A DNA stretch of 64,000 bases, taken from the NCBI GenBank assembly GCA_964016885.1, contig OZ024743.1, positions 319,858,001 to 319,922,000 of the forward strand, given 5' to 3'. Below the pieces are notes generated by a model that saw only the letters and a list, made by a program, of their open reading frames with translations, was not told the DNA's origin and made no database searches. The stretch is from Eledone cirrhosa. Its lineage: Eukaryota. Of the stretch, positions 13,681 through 27,800 are shown one piece after another. Made by a program: the position numbers and the translations under genes. Each line of letters starts with the position of its first letter. Position 1 is the first letter of the stretch.

Positions 13681-16600
13681 TGAGATGGAGGGTCTGTGGT
13701 TTTACTCACATCTGGTTGGTCTTTGAATGTTACTTTTTTTATATGGAAAAAAAGTTGCTCGAAACGCAAGGTGTTTACAGCAGTAATTTGTTTGGTTGGT
13801 CAATAAGTATAATAAATTTCGCGCCAGTTCGCGTTACTAAGTTCTTCAACAAGTGTACGGCGGGGGTGGGTGGGGGGATCAGGTTGTTTTTTCATATATG
13901 AGTGTTTGAATTTCTTTTTACTTAAAAAAAGGGGCTCACGAAGGCTTTTTAAAAAAAAATGTAATTTGATTGGTTATAAATGAAATTATGGTTGTCACGT
14001 GAACAAGTTCATTAAATATCGCGCCGTATTTGGGAATTTATTTTGTAGCCTTTTAGAGAATTTTATGACAAGCAAAAAATGGTAAAGAGAAATGGGATGG
14101 GAGAATTGTTCTGGTTCAGTGAATATGGCTATTTCGTTGGGGTGTCAGAGTTCAGATTTTCTATTGAAATAAAAAAAGTAGACATTTGTATGTTTATTTG
14201 TGTGTGTGTGTATAGTAAGATGATTCTATATGTAGAAATGGGGGAAGGGATTGTGTGTGTGTATATGGGTTATATGTGTGTGTGTGTGTGGGAGTATGTT
14301 AAGATGGAGAGAATATATATATTTTGTGTGTGTGTGTGAGTGTAGGAAAATGATTCTATTAGGAGAAATGGGGGAAGTAGTTGTGTGTGTGTGGGGGGGG
14401 GGGGTATGTGGGTGTGTGTATGGGTGTTATGTATGTGTGGGAGTATGGTTAGCCTGTTAAGATGAAGAGAATATATATTTTGTGTAGGAACATGATTCCG
14501 TTAGTAGGAATATTTTTGAATGAACATATTTTCCTTACTTATTCGTATTTGTTCTGTTGCATTGTCAGCACAAACGTATGTTAAGGTTTATTTAGTTCGG
14601 GTTTTTATTTTCTAAAGTAGAAGGTGTTATGTGTGTGTGTGTATGTCATAATGTATATTAAACCATATTTAATGCTGGTCTATATTTTTGGATAAACATA
14701 TTTTTCTTATTTATTCGTATTTGTTCTGTTGTATTGTTAGCGCAAAGGTAAAATGGGAAGACTTGGAATTTGGGTGTCTTATTACTTGCGCAAATGTCTA
14801 GATGTGCACTTAGTGGTATCTGTCTCGTGGTTGGATCTCGTAATTGTTGGCGATGAACTGTCATTCTGTTTCTGAGTGTGAGTTTAGTTTGTCCTATATA
14901 ATCTTCATTGCATCCTTTACATTTAATGGCATAAAGTAGATTTTTTGATGAGCAAGTGAAGTGATTTTTTACAGTAAAATTTTGTCCTGATTTAAATGTA
15001 TACGTGTTGCCTTCAATGAGGTGAGTGCAGGTTCCACAATTAGAGCGACCAGATTTTTTGATACTTGATTGTGGGTTTGTGGTAGGTAATTTGGCATTGG
15101 TGAGTAATGTTTTCAGTGATTTTGGTTGTCTTTTGCTTTTGATTATTTTGTGTGTTTCAAGGGCTTTTTTCATTCTTGGGTTTTGTTTTAGTAGTGGGAT
15201 GTTCTTGTGAATAGTGTTGTAAGCTTCCGCATTTCTTGGGTTGTGTGTTGAGATATATGATAGAATATTGGACGTACCTTGAATCTGTTTCTGTTTCCGT
15301 AATTCACCAATGCCTATTGCTTTAGCCCTTTCTATTCCATTATTTATTAGTACTAGTGGGTACTCTCTCTCGAGTAGAATTTCCTTTAATTCTTGAATTC
15401 TTTTATTTCGCGTTTCATAATTGGAGACAATTGTCCAAATTCTTCTTGCTAGGTTAAAAGGAATGTTCGTCTTCGTGTGCTTTGGATAGTTGGAAGTGAA
15501 TAGCAGATATTGTTTGGAATCTGTTGATTTGTAGTGTGTGTCAGTTTCGATATTTGTGTCTTTTTTTAAGATTAAGATGTCCAGAAATGGGATCTGATCT
15601 TGGCTGTATTCCATTGTGAATTGGATGTGGTTATTGATGCCGTTTATTAAGTTTTTGAAATCCTTCAGTTGGTCGAGTGTGTGGGACCAAAGAATGAGGC
15701 AATCATCCAAGTAGCGTTTCCAATTCTCTGATAAATATTTGTGGAAGTTCAATCCGTATTTTGATTTGGACTGTTCATATATCTGGACTTATAAGTATGC
15801 CATGACTAAGTTGGCATAAGTTGGAGCGGCTTTTGTACCCATCGCAGTCCCCGATATTTGCTTGTAAGTATTGCCATCGAAATAAAAAAAGTTGTTCTGT
15901 AAGATGAATTTTAATCCCTCGGTGATGAAGCTTTTTTCTATTCTGTCAGGTATCTCATTGGGATATTTCTCTAGTCAGAATCCTATTGCTTCTAGTCCGT
16001 ATTGGTGTGGGATCGTTGTCTAGAGATTCACTACATCGAAAGACACAATAATAGTGTCGTTGTTGACATGTTTGGGGAGGTGGTTTAAGAGGTCCAGATC
16101 GTCTCTTACAAGGCTTGGTATGTGTTTCAGTATTGGTTTCAGTAGTATGTCTATAAAGTTGCTCAGTCTGTGTGTTTCACATTGTGGGCCCGCTACAATT
16201 GGTCTTAATTTAAGGTCTGTGTGGTATTGTGTGTTCACGCAGGCTGAGGTGGATTGTTTACAGGCATCGTTGATTATTTTACACTTGTGGATCTTCGGAA
16301 GTCCGTAAAGATTGCTGGTTTTGTATTCAAAATTTGTTAAATAATCGCGTTCCTTTTTAGTTAGTTCTTCCTGGTATCGATAAATCAGTGTGTTTAATTT
16401 GGTCATTATTATTTATTACTGGTAGTTTTTTACTCTTTCATAGTAATTAGTATTTTGTAAGAGAGAGAACAAAGAATTTTTATATTTTTCAGCCTCCATA
16501 ATGACAACACTACTTCCCTTGTCCGCTTCCTTAATTATAATGTCCGTATTGTTTTTTAGTTCATGGATAATCTCCCATTCCCTTCGACTCGTGTTGGGTT

Positions 16601-18041
16601 TGGGTTTAGGTTGCGGTAGTTCATGGTATGGGAAGGTAGCTATGTGGTCACAAAAATTTGTCCAGAACTCTGTTTCTACCTTTTGTGGGGTTGTAGCTGC
16701 TTTTATTCCGTTCAATTGATTCGTCGTTATTCTCCTTGTCAAAGAATTCCTCTGTGAGACGTAATTTTCTACAGAAGTGTGAGATATCGTCATTTATCTC
16801 ATTCGGGTTAGAGTATTGTGGTGTTGGTGTGAATTTCAGTCCTTTGGAGAGAATCTTTACTTGTTGGGCTCAGAGGTTTGTATTTGAAAGGTTAATTATT
16901 TTCGGTTTTTCAAAATCGGTTTGTGCCACCGGGTGTCGTGAGTCCTGTAGCCTTGGTCTAAAAAATGATTTTTCTGGAATGTTTTTTCAATGGTATTATT
17001 ATATCTAATGGTATTTCCCCTGTTGTTGTGTGGTCTTGTATAGAAGTTTCGGACGTATTGAGGTTCGGTTTGTTGATAGTACGGGTTGTAGATTTTGTTC
17101 CTTTGTGTGGGTTGGGATCTACGGTTTTGGAACAGGCTCTGATTGGGCAGGGGTCTACGGTTTTGGAATAGGTTTTGTGTGGGTTGTGATCTGCGGATCA
17201 GGTCCTGCCTTGTGTTCGGGGATCTTTGGTTTTTGTTAGTAGGGTTATAGTTTTGTCTATGGTTTCTGGGATTATCGTTATAGTTTTGCTGGGGGTATGT
17301 TGGATGTTTTGTTACTTTTTTTGTTATTTGTTGTGCATGTGGTGTGTGAGTTTTAGTTTGTTTTAAAAATGGGTTACCTGTATGTTGTTCATTTTTGAAG
17401 TCCATTTCGTAGTTGTTGAATCAGGTGGCGTTTTTTTCCCATCGCTGGAGGGATGTTAGTTCTTCATCCTCACAGTTTTCTTTCCAAAGTTTTATGGTTT
17501 TTTTGTAGAGTAGGCCTTCAGAGTGCTTTGAGATTTCTGTGTCCATCTGTTGGTCGAGTGACTTGAATTTTTCTTCGTTGGAGTTGGCTCTTAATCGCAA
17601 CAGTTTTATTTCTGTTTTAAATTTTTCCAATGCCATCTTCTCCCTAAGTCTTTGTTGGTTTTCTGGTTCATTTGTGATGGGTTTTATTTGGAGTTTTTTG
17701 GGGAGGATGATTGGGGTAGAGTTTAGCCACTTTTCATATATGTCTGCCTTGCCATTATTTTTTAGGAGATTCCAAAGGGCGAATTTGCGGGCTGTGAGCT
17801 TTTGAGTCCATATGTTGATTAGGGTGTTTTTCACTGAGTGGACATCTCGTAGATTGGGTTCTAACGGTTGTTCCAGCTTTTGGAGCATTGCTGTTTCAAT
17901 GGTTTCGATTAGCTTAGTTAATACTGGAGTATTATTAGTCTCTTGGGTATTTTCTGTTTCTTCGTGGGGTCCTTTTTTATAGATGTGTATTTGGTCCACT
18001 TTGTTGGTCAAAATTGAGAGTTTAGAGGAAATCTCTTTGAG

Positions 18042-18085
<44 letters not shown>

Positions 18086-18091
<6 letters not shown>

Positions 18092-19133
18092 AGTTATATA
18101 TTAATATATATGATAAACACAAACGTGTTTGTATTGTAAGAGACAAAGTTAGCTAGCATGAAATAAACTAATTAAAGTGAATACAATTTGTCTGTCTCGA
18201 TATATTTATTTCAATTTCATTTCGATTGTCTTTATTTTTCAACTCATGTACCATCGTTGCGAAACATATTTGGGTTTCGAAGTTCAAATTCATCTACGGA
18301 GCGGGTTTGGATTTTGAAATTTAAATTTGTCCAGGAATCACGGCTTTTGCCAATATAAGCTTGTCTTTATTGACTTATATCGAGACAGTCAAATTGTATT
18401 CACTTTAATTAGTTTATTTCATGCTAGCTAACTTTGTCTCTTACAATACAAACACGTTTGTGTTTATCATATATATTAATATATAACTTGTATTTCACTG
18501 CTCAGAAATGCCTCTTTCTTTGAGCTGATTAATTGTAAACGACTATGAGTTTAATCTCTAAATATAATATAGTATATTGCTCCTTAACTGTAGAGCTGAT
18601 CTTTAATCCCATATAAACGGCTGTTATTTCTAGCACCGGGAATATGGGATGGCTAGTATAGCTGGCTACACCACGTGTAATCAGACCTGCAAAATCTTTG
18701 AAGGTGGAATGTACTAATTTTACTGGATTCTTGTTGATAAGCACAGAAGATTTGAATATTTCACTTTTTATTTCAATTTCATTTCGATTCTCTTTATTTT
18801 TCAATTCATGTACCATCGTTGCGAAACATATTTGGGTTTCGAAGTTCAAATTCATCTACGGAGCGGGTTTGGATTTTGAAATTTAAATTTGTCCAGGAAT
18901 CACGGCTTTTGCCAATATAAGCTTGTCTTTATTGACTTATATCGAGACAGACAAATTGTATTCACTTTAATTAGTTTATTTCATGCTAGCTAACTTTGTC
19001 TCTTACAATACAAACACGTTTGTGTTTATCATATATATTAATATATAACTTGTATTTCACTGCTCAGAAATGCCTCTTTCTTTGAGCTGATTAATTGTAA
19101 ACGACTATGAGTTTAATCTCTAAATATAATATA

Positions 19134-19138
<5 letters not shown>
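18086..19138. repeat. Non-coding 561-bp-period partial tandem repeat (18205-18577 ~ 18766-19138) with a ~117-bp inverted head (18086-18203), flanked by (TA)n
   Basis: Near-identical direct copies; the head is the reverse complement of 18377-18494. Confidence 0.9.
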
Positions 19139-19193
<55 letters not shown>

Positions 19194-19953
19194 TGATAAG
19201 TGAGTGTGTGTGAGGAACTTTATGATTCGTAATGTTTAGAGATGATACGAAATCGCAACGATATATTTGCCTTTGTGGTTTATTAGAATCAATTCAACCA
19301 TATCTTAAATCTACACGATCAACACACATTTTGTCATTTTATAGATTAATGAATCAATAAGACTGGGTTGCAACTATACACACCCAGTTCAAAAGACGAT
19401 AGTTCACACGAAATATCACTTTGGATATAATAAGCACCTGTGCTTCATATAATGATTTTAAGGTTTTATATTTCCACAAGAATGAAACAATCCCCCAATT
19501 TATTTCAGTTAAAATATGATGCCAAGATATATATATCGATGTCTGTCTGTATTTAAGCATGTGTGCATGTATGTATGTGTTTGTATGTATGTATTATGTA
19601 TGTGCGTGTGTATGTATGCGTGTATGTGTGTACGTATGTATGAATTTAAATATGTATGTAACTATGTATGTATGTATTTCTTTGTATGCATGTGAGTGTC
19701 TATGTATATATGTGTGCGTATATGCTTGTATATATGTATGTGTGTATGTATGCGTGTATGTATGGGTGTATGTTTGTGTGTCTGTATATATGTATGTATG
19801 CGTATGTATTTATGTGTATTTATGTATGTATGTGTTTATATACTTATGTGTGTATGTATGTATGCGTGTGTGTGTATGCATGCATGTCTGTATGTATGTA
19901 TGTGTGTATGCATGTATATATGTAAATGTGTGTGCGTGTATGTATGTATGTTT

Positions 19954-20618
19954 TTTGTGGAGCGAGAGACTCCTAGTCTTCATTAAGACATCTCTCTAGG
20001 AGAAGGCCACTCTGATATAAAACCTGCGACTTTGTTTGCATAAAATGATATAGACTAATCCTTCTTTCTGGGCAAATGCATTCGATGTTCAGATAGTGCG
20101 ATTGACCCCGTCCAAAGCCTTTCTTCATTTAGAAAAGCTTCGAGCACAGGCATCACTTAATATACGACATGTTTTACAATGCATCTTATTGCTGGCCATA
20201 GACAAGTCCCTAGCAGGACTAAAAATCAACTTCCGTGATGGTCATGCTTAAGTATCAAGCGATGGCATTACTCGAAATCAAGTTGCAGCCATCATCATCA
20301 TCATATATGTATGTATGATATAAATGATGGTGTAATAATACGTCACTTCAGTATCCGATGATCATCAGGAGAGAAATAGTTGTTCGAGCCAACCCTTATA
20401 CCTTGTCATGAGTTTTGGGTAATGACCGAAAAATATGATCATGAATGTAAGAGGCTGAAATGGGGTTCCTACGAGGGATTTTTGGTATAAACTTACTCAG
20501 TAGAATGCTTAATTTTGAGATCGGGAATTCGCTCTATGTGGAGCTGCTCTGGTACCTGGGACATGTGGTTAAAATGTTCAAGGAAAGAGTCGCTCGACAG
20601 TAGGCCAGGATCCAGAGC
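19954..20618 (+). mobile_element. RTE-clade LINE relics (5'UTR-like piece and C-terminal coding piece)
   Basis: AEMGFLRGIFGINLLSRMLNFEI and YLGHVVKMFKERVAR at ~20450-20600. Confidence 0.6.
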
Positions 20619-20862
20619 AAATTTCCTTTCTCACTCTTCGTACGGCTGCTACTTAAATATAAGTATGTATACGTACATACAAATATGTATACAGACGTAC
20701 AGGAGTATGTATATATATACATACATGCACACATATATATGTACGTATGGATTCACCGAACACTTATTATAATGTTCGGTTTGTTCGTAAGCAAACATCC
20801 TGAATTAAGCCGTACAGTGTTTAGCAACCATCCTTGCCCTTTTGTTCAACACTGACAAAGGA

Positions 20863-20905
20863 ACGATGTACTAGTTTCAAGCTTATTAGCTATCGTCAGC
20901 ACCGT
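20863..20905 (-). ncRNA. Intact-looking type-I minimal hammerhead ribozyme
   Basis: acggtg-CTGACGA-T-AGCT-aata-AGCT-T-GAAA-CTAG-TA-catcgt; 6-bp stem I, palindromic stem III ACTAGT, GUA cleavage triplet. Confidence 0.8.
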
Positions 20906-21194
20906 ATACCTTCCTGTGTGTGCATGTATGTATATATACATCTGTGCATGTATGTATATATATACATACTACTGTACGTATGTATACATATATGTATATA
21001 TGTATACATACTTATATTTAAGTAACAGCCGTACTAAGAGTGAGAAATGAAATATCGTTTCATTCTTTCCATTTATCGTTTTCGGTACGCCCAGCCCATT
21101 AACTCACTCGATATGCAAATTAGGCTGCTCAGTCGTTAATATGTATAAGGAAAGTATATACTTTCAGACGTTCAATCATCTGGCAGGAAGTTAT

Positions 21195-21238
21195 TGGTTA
21201 CTGACGATAGCTAATAAGCTTGAAACTAGTACATCGTT
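21195..21238 (+). ncRNA. Hammerhead ribozyme (same family as 20863-20905; stem I weakened)
   Basis: CTGACGA-TAGCTAATAAGCTT-GAAA-CTAG-TA-catcgt. Confidence 0.7.
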
Positions 21239-21442
21239 CCTTTGTCAGTGTTGAACAAAAGGGCAACGATGGTTGCTAAACACTGTACGGCTTAATTTGG
21301 GATGTTTGTTTACAAACAAACCGAGCATTATAATAAATGTTCGGTAAATCCATACGTAGATATATATATATGTGTGCATGTATGTATATATATACATACT
21401 ACTGTACGTCTGTATACATATATGTATGTAAGTATACATACT

Positions 21443-22236
<794 letters not shown>

Positions 22237-22252
22237 ATATATATATATATAT

Positions 22253-22300
<48 letters not shown>

Positions 22301-22328
22301 CACACATATATATATATATATATAAAGA

Positions 22329-22373
<45 letters not shown>

Positions 22374-22375
<2 letters not shown>

Positions 22376-23960
22376 TTCTTGGATATCCTTATTTTAAAAA
22401 CAGGTGGGAAAATAGAAACATACATCTTCTATAAACCGACGGACTCCAAACAGTACCTCCTCCTCAGATCAAATCACCCAAAACATACAAAACTTAACAT
22501 TCCTTTTAACTTAGCCAAACGTATATGCACCATAGTATCAGACCCAGCTAAACGGGAACAAAGACTAAATGAACTAAAAAACACACTTACCTTAAGAGCC
22601 TTTCCACTTGACATAATTAATAACGGAATAGACAGAGCAAAACACGCAAATTTTCATCAACTCAACAACCCAAAGCACAGCACCACAAATAACACCTTAC
22701 CAAATGTATCCACATTTAACCTCAGAAACACCGAAATGTTCGACCTCCTACACAAAACCTCCTCATTCTATTTAAAAATGAAAAAAATCCGTGAAACACA
22801 CAAGATCATTAAAAGTAAAAGGCAACCTAAATCACTGGAACAAATATACACAAATCAATCTCCAACCTTACGATAACAAAATGCGAAAGAACAAACTGTG
22901 GCACATGCCTATACTTTATTGAAGGACAAAAATTCACATTCAAAGATGGTCAAACTTTCACAGTGAAAAACAACTTCACTTGCAACTCAGAGAACCTGAT
23001 CTACATAATCACATGCGGTGGTTGTCGACATAACTACAGAGGACAGACGGGTGTGTCATTACGCAAAAGAATGACCATCCATCACCAACAAATCCGAGAC
23101 GCAAACACAAGAAAAATCGACTTAAGTAGTCACATTGCAGATTCTGCAGGAATGACCCAACCCAACTTTAAAATCTTCCCCTTTGCAAGTGTTCCGATTC
23201 TTTCACTCAATAACAACAAAGAATGAATAAAGAAAAACTATTTACTAACAGATTTAAACCAAAATTAAAAATGTAATCAACCCCATTAGACCCCCACCCC
23301 CCACCCCCACACACCACAAAATAAGAAAGAAATTGATCATACACATATTTTCCAAAAATTCATGATTGAAAGCCACCACTGATGCTTTTCTCTGTTTTAT
23401 TTTTATTTCCCACCACAAAGGGATCTGTGACAGACAGGCTGAAGCACACACACTCCATCCCCCACGCATAAACATACATGTGTGTATTTTTATATATACA
23501 CTCTCACACGTACACACTCATACTCTCTAAAACCATATTCTAAAAATAGAATTTCTTTTACAACCCTACTTTTGCCAATCCCATTTACCTCCCTCACCTA
23601 TAGAATTTGTCTCTAGCTTACATTTCCTCTCTTCGCCACTCCCATCTGAACACATATTTACAGAAAATCTCCCTCTCCCTAAAAATAATTTTGTTCTGAG
23701 TAAAAAACACACCTACAACCATGCTGCTGCTACTACCATGACTACACATCTCTCACTCTGTACAAAAGATTCCATTTTTCCAGTCTTCTTCTCAACAAGG
23801 AAGATGAAAAACACTTGCCCCAACACTTAATTTTGAATCTTTAATTTTTAGTTTTTTAATTTTCAATTTTTATTAATTCTTTTTAATAGTAATACTCAAA
23901 ATTTGATAAGATGGATTTTACTAATACATCGAAACCGGTTATACTACATTATAAAACTCT
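22374..23960 (+). mobile_element. 5'-truncated Penelope-like element (Neptune-like), thumb + GIY-YIG, decayed, with a hammerhead-like motif at ~23903-23945
   Basis: FLDILI..YKPTDSKQYL..SNHPKHTKLNIPFNLAKRI; NLIYIITCGGC.HNY.GQT; TTGATAA-GATG..CATC-GAAA-CCGG-TT; related to the 14658-15752 ORF. Confidence 0.88.
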
Positions 23961-24077
23961 TTTTAAAAAGAATTGTCCCTCTCATTTTTTCAATAATGGC
24001 ACTTTGACAAATCAAAGAAAGGAAAAAAAGAAAAACAAATCCTTATATATATCTTCCGTGCTATTTCCAATTTCACC

Positions 24078-24148
<71 letters not shown>

Positions 24149-24170
24149 CCCTCTCTCTCTACATATATAT

Positions 24171-24201
<31 letters not shown>

Positions 24202-24427
24202 AATATATATATAGTGTAGGTAGTACAGTGAAATACTGGTGTTGATACCAAATCAAGCACTCTATACACAGGCAGAGTGTATATAATAGAAAAACGAATA
24301 AGTTTTGTTTACATATGAAAGATATTTATTACGTATCAACCTGTTACGCACATTTCGCAGAGGATTGGCTCAAGGCGACCCATAGGAGTTATGGACCCAA
24401 CTTCGGTATCGATTTGGATATATATAT

Positions 24428-24844
24428 ATTAGAATTGGTGCTCTGAAATGGCGATATATATATGAATGTATATATAGTGTATTTTGCAATCCAATGTATG
24501 CTTAATTAAAAGCATTTCGAAGACCTTACGCTATTGTTTTAGAGTAGTGACAGTCTCACTTACTTTAAATTTTCGGCAAACAAGGGGAGATAAAGCTGAC
24601 AGAGCTCTGTCTCGTACTTTTTGGTACTTATCAAAGCTAAGTACTCCACCTGTCCGCTGAAAATCATGACTGTTTGATTCTTATAGAATTCTAGTAATAA
24701 TCAGGAACTGATTATACAGAGCGGTTGCCGGTCAAGCAGAAATTGAGAATTAGAATTGGTGCTCTGAAATAGCGATATATATATGAATGTATATACAGTG
24801 TATTTTGCAATACACTGTATACTTAATTAAAAGCATTTCGAAGA
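24428..24844. repeat. ~96-bp direct repeat with 321-bp period (24428-24523 / 24749-24844)
   Basis: attagaattggtgctctgaaat..cttaattaaaagcatttcgaaga occurs twice. Confidence 0.85.
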
Positions 24845-24852
24845 ATAATAAT

Positions 24853-27800
24853 GCTTTCTTTATTAACCACAAGGGTTTACATAAAGTAGACATTAAGGAC
24901 AGTACAGGACAATACAGGACGGTACAAATGGGCATGTCTGCGTGTAAAAAACAAAAAACAGAGGATGTAACAAAAAAATAACAATTAAAAATTCCCCAAT
25001 AAGGGGGAGACTTCCTAGGGACATTTTTGGAGAAAGCCCATTAAAAGGCCACAGTGACCCTGACCACCAGGGCAAGTGCCCTCTCCCAGTTTTCCACCTT
25101 TAATTTACAGACACATACTCGGGCCATTCTTGCTTCTCTCACCCATCTTTCAACAAAACGCTGGGAAGAGAGCACTTCCCTCTCTACCCTGATTATCCTT
25201 TTCAAATGAAATTTGAAAAAGTTAATCAGGGCATCACCGAAGAGGTAGATGCTCGTCTTTAGCCCTTTCAAACGTGTCCACCATACTATCACTTTCGCCA
25301 TGGCCACCAGACAGATAAAAACTGCCTGCCCTTACCGGCTAAAGGAGAAGGGCGGGGCAATCCTTCCGATGACCTCAGCTGATAGCCGGATCCGTCCTAC
25401 ACGCAACAGCAGGTTTCGACATAAACCCACAAATCAGCAATGCTCGGACACTGGACGAGTGCGTGCAGGACGGTTTCGTAGCACTGCGCGCATCTCGGAC
25501 ATGCCCGGCTGACGGCACCTCCACGCATGTAGAGTTTATCCCGAAATGGAAAAGCTCCTCGGTAGCACTACCAGGCCAGGGATTTCTGGAAGTTGTCCAT
25601 AGGCCCCGGCCCGAAAGTTCTTCCGAAGAGATTAGCTAGTTGATTTTCGTCGACGCCTAGAGTTTCCTCAAGTACGTCATCGCTCTTCCCCTCCACTAAT
25701 CCTCTATAGAACGCCGAGGTGGAGTTGCCACCGATCACATTGCCCGATTGGTCGAGGGCTGTGAGAGCCTGAAGACATTCCAATCTCCAAGCGCTCCCTC
25801 TTGGTCTTCGCTTGACCCATGACTGCATCTCCGTCAAGGAGACGATCTGGGGAAAGACGCGTCTAGCAAACGGCGACCACACCTGATCACCGTCGAGGAA
25901 GAGGTGGAGATGACGTAGCATTGAGCGCGTGTCAGCGCATCATCAGCCACGGCATGCCCAGCCCTCCACGTAGTGGGAGTTGACAGCAGATGGACCACCT
26001 GACCATTTGGAGCGCGTCCCTTCCACAAAAAGCGAAAGAGCAAACGCTCCAGCGCAGTCAGGCGGGGCTTAGGACAAGGTACGACGGTAAGGCAGTAGTA
26101 GATGACGAACGCGATGTACGCGTTAGCCACCTCCGCTCGACCTTTCAGGGATAGCTTCCTCTCTGCCCATTTCTGGGTGAGAGAAGCCACCCTGCTCGTC
26201 ACCTCGTCCCAGTTTTTGTCCGTCTGGAGGTCCAGACCGAACCAGACCCCTAGCAATTTAACCGGTCCGTCCGTCCAGCGTCCGACGACGCTGTTGGACG
26301 GCATGGACCTGCCTCTCCAGGTGCCGAGCTGCAGGCCACTGACTTTTCCTGGTTGATCATTGCTCCTGTCACCGCTTCGTATTCTCTTAGTGTAGTGCCG
26401 ATCGCCTCCATATGTTTGGCGTTCGACAACACTACGGTGACATCGTCCGCATATGCTGACACGGATCTTCCGCATCCTAGTTCGCGCGGGACCTCCCTCA
26501 ACGTCTCCAGTTTGTGCAGTAATGGCTCGAGAGCCAATAGGTACAAGAGGGACGAGGGGGGGACATCCTTGGCGGATCGAGCGCATGATGTTGAACGGTT
26601 CCGAAAGGTGACCGTTCACTCTCACCACAGAGCAGATGTCGCTGTGCATGGCAGCGATCCAGCCTCTGAAGACGGGCCCAAAGCCAGCTGCCTTCAGGAC
26701 TGCCGCTAGATAACGATGGTTGACCCCATAGAAAGCTTTCGACACTTCTAAATTGATCAAGGACCCACCCGTGCCAGGTTCCCTAGCTACCCTCTCTACG
26801 ATGTATCGCATGAAATGGAGGTTGTCGTGGATTGATCTGTCGGGAATGGCGCATGGCTGCGCCTCTCCTACCAGACCACCAACGACAAGCGCCAACCTCT
26901 TTGCTAGCACCTTGGCCAAAATCTTGAAATCTGTGTTTAGCAGAGTTCTGGGCCTGAAATTATCTATGTTATCCCCCTTGTTCGGATCCTTTCTCAGCAT
27001 CGCCACCGCTCTTCGGCTCACAGGGCTGGGAATTTTCCCGTTCTGTTGCCAGTTGCAGTAGACGTCTGCCAAGAAGCCTCCGAACAAGTCTGGCATCTGT
27101 ACGTAAAGTTCATAGGGCAAACCATTCAAACCAGGCGATTTACCCCTTGTGCAGCCAGTCATTGCCTCCCAAACTTCAGCGGTTGTTATCGGCTTTTCGC
27201 AACACTCCGCCTCAGTGGCCGAGAGCGGCGGCAGTCCGTCAAGGTAGTCACTAAAGTCCATCCCTCGATCCAGCCCGTCCCTGCCCCCGAACAGCTAAGC
27301 AAAGTGTCGCTGAAAAGCTTCACACATTCGCCCGGGATCGAGTAGCATGCGCCCATCGTGGTCCACCAAAGACCGGATCGTGGCTTTGTTGCCACGACGC
27401 GCCTCCGCCACTCGGGCCCATTGAACCGCTTTCATCCCCTCGTGTCTGAGAGCACGCACCCTAGTTCTGACAACGCAGCCTTCGTGCTTTGCGTTGAAGA
27501 ATTGGTAAAGGGCCAGTTTCGCCGCAAGTACGTCTGTCGCAATGCCTTTGCTAAGCGCCACGTATAATTTTCTAACTAGTTCTCCCTCTGCTCTATTTTT
27601 CTCTACAGCTAAAGCCTTACTAAACCTAATGGACTCCAATCTAATCGCTTTTTGTTGACGATGGCCCCGTCAACGCTCGGTTAACTAGTTCGCTAATCCG
27701 GTCTCTGTAGACCTCGCGCGCTGGTAAGGACGCGTTTAGGTTCCAGTAGCCGGGTCCTCGTCTATGAAGCCTATCTAAGTCAAGTACACAGATCACGAAT

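Larger units (their letters stand above)
12790..18045 (-). mobile_element. Penelope-like element (Neptune-like), near full length but disrupted; RT + GIY-YIG; long 3' region with two hammerhead-like motifs
   Basis: IIIKEADKGSSVVIM, LYGLPKIHK, LRPIVAG, SFDVVNL, GTAMGTKAAPTYANL, RYLDD, FTMEYS..IPFLD, Cys linker NCGTC, NLLYAIKC..C..DYIGQT (14658-18045). Confidence 0.93.
20620..21445. mobile_element. ~430-bp-unit hammerhead repeat, copy 2: ~0.7 unit head-to-head with ~1.2 units
   Basis: 20655-20917 is the reverse complement of ~21183-21445; tgtgcatgtatgtatatatatacatactactgtacg recurs at 20943 and 21373. Confidence 0.85.
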
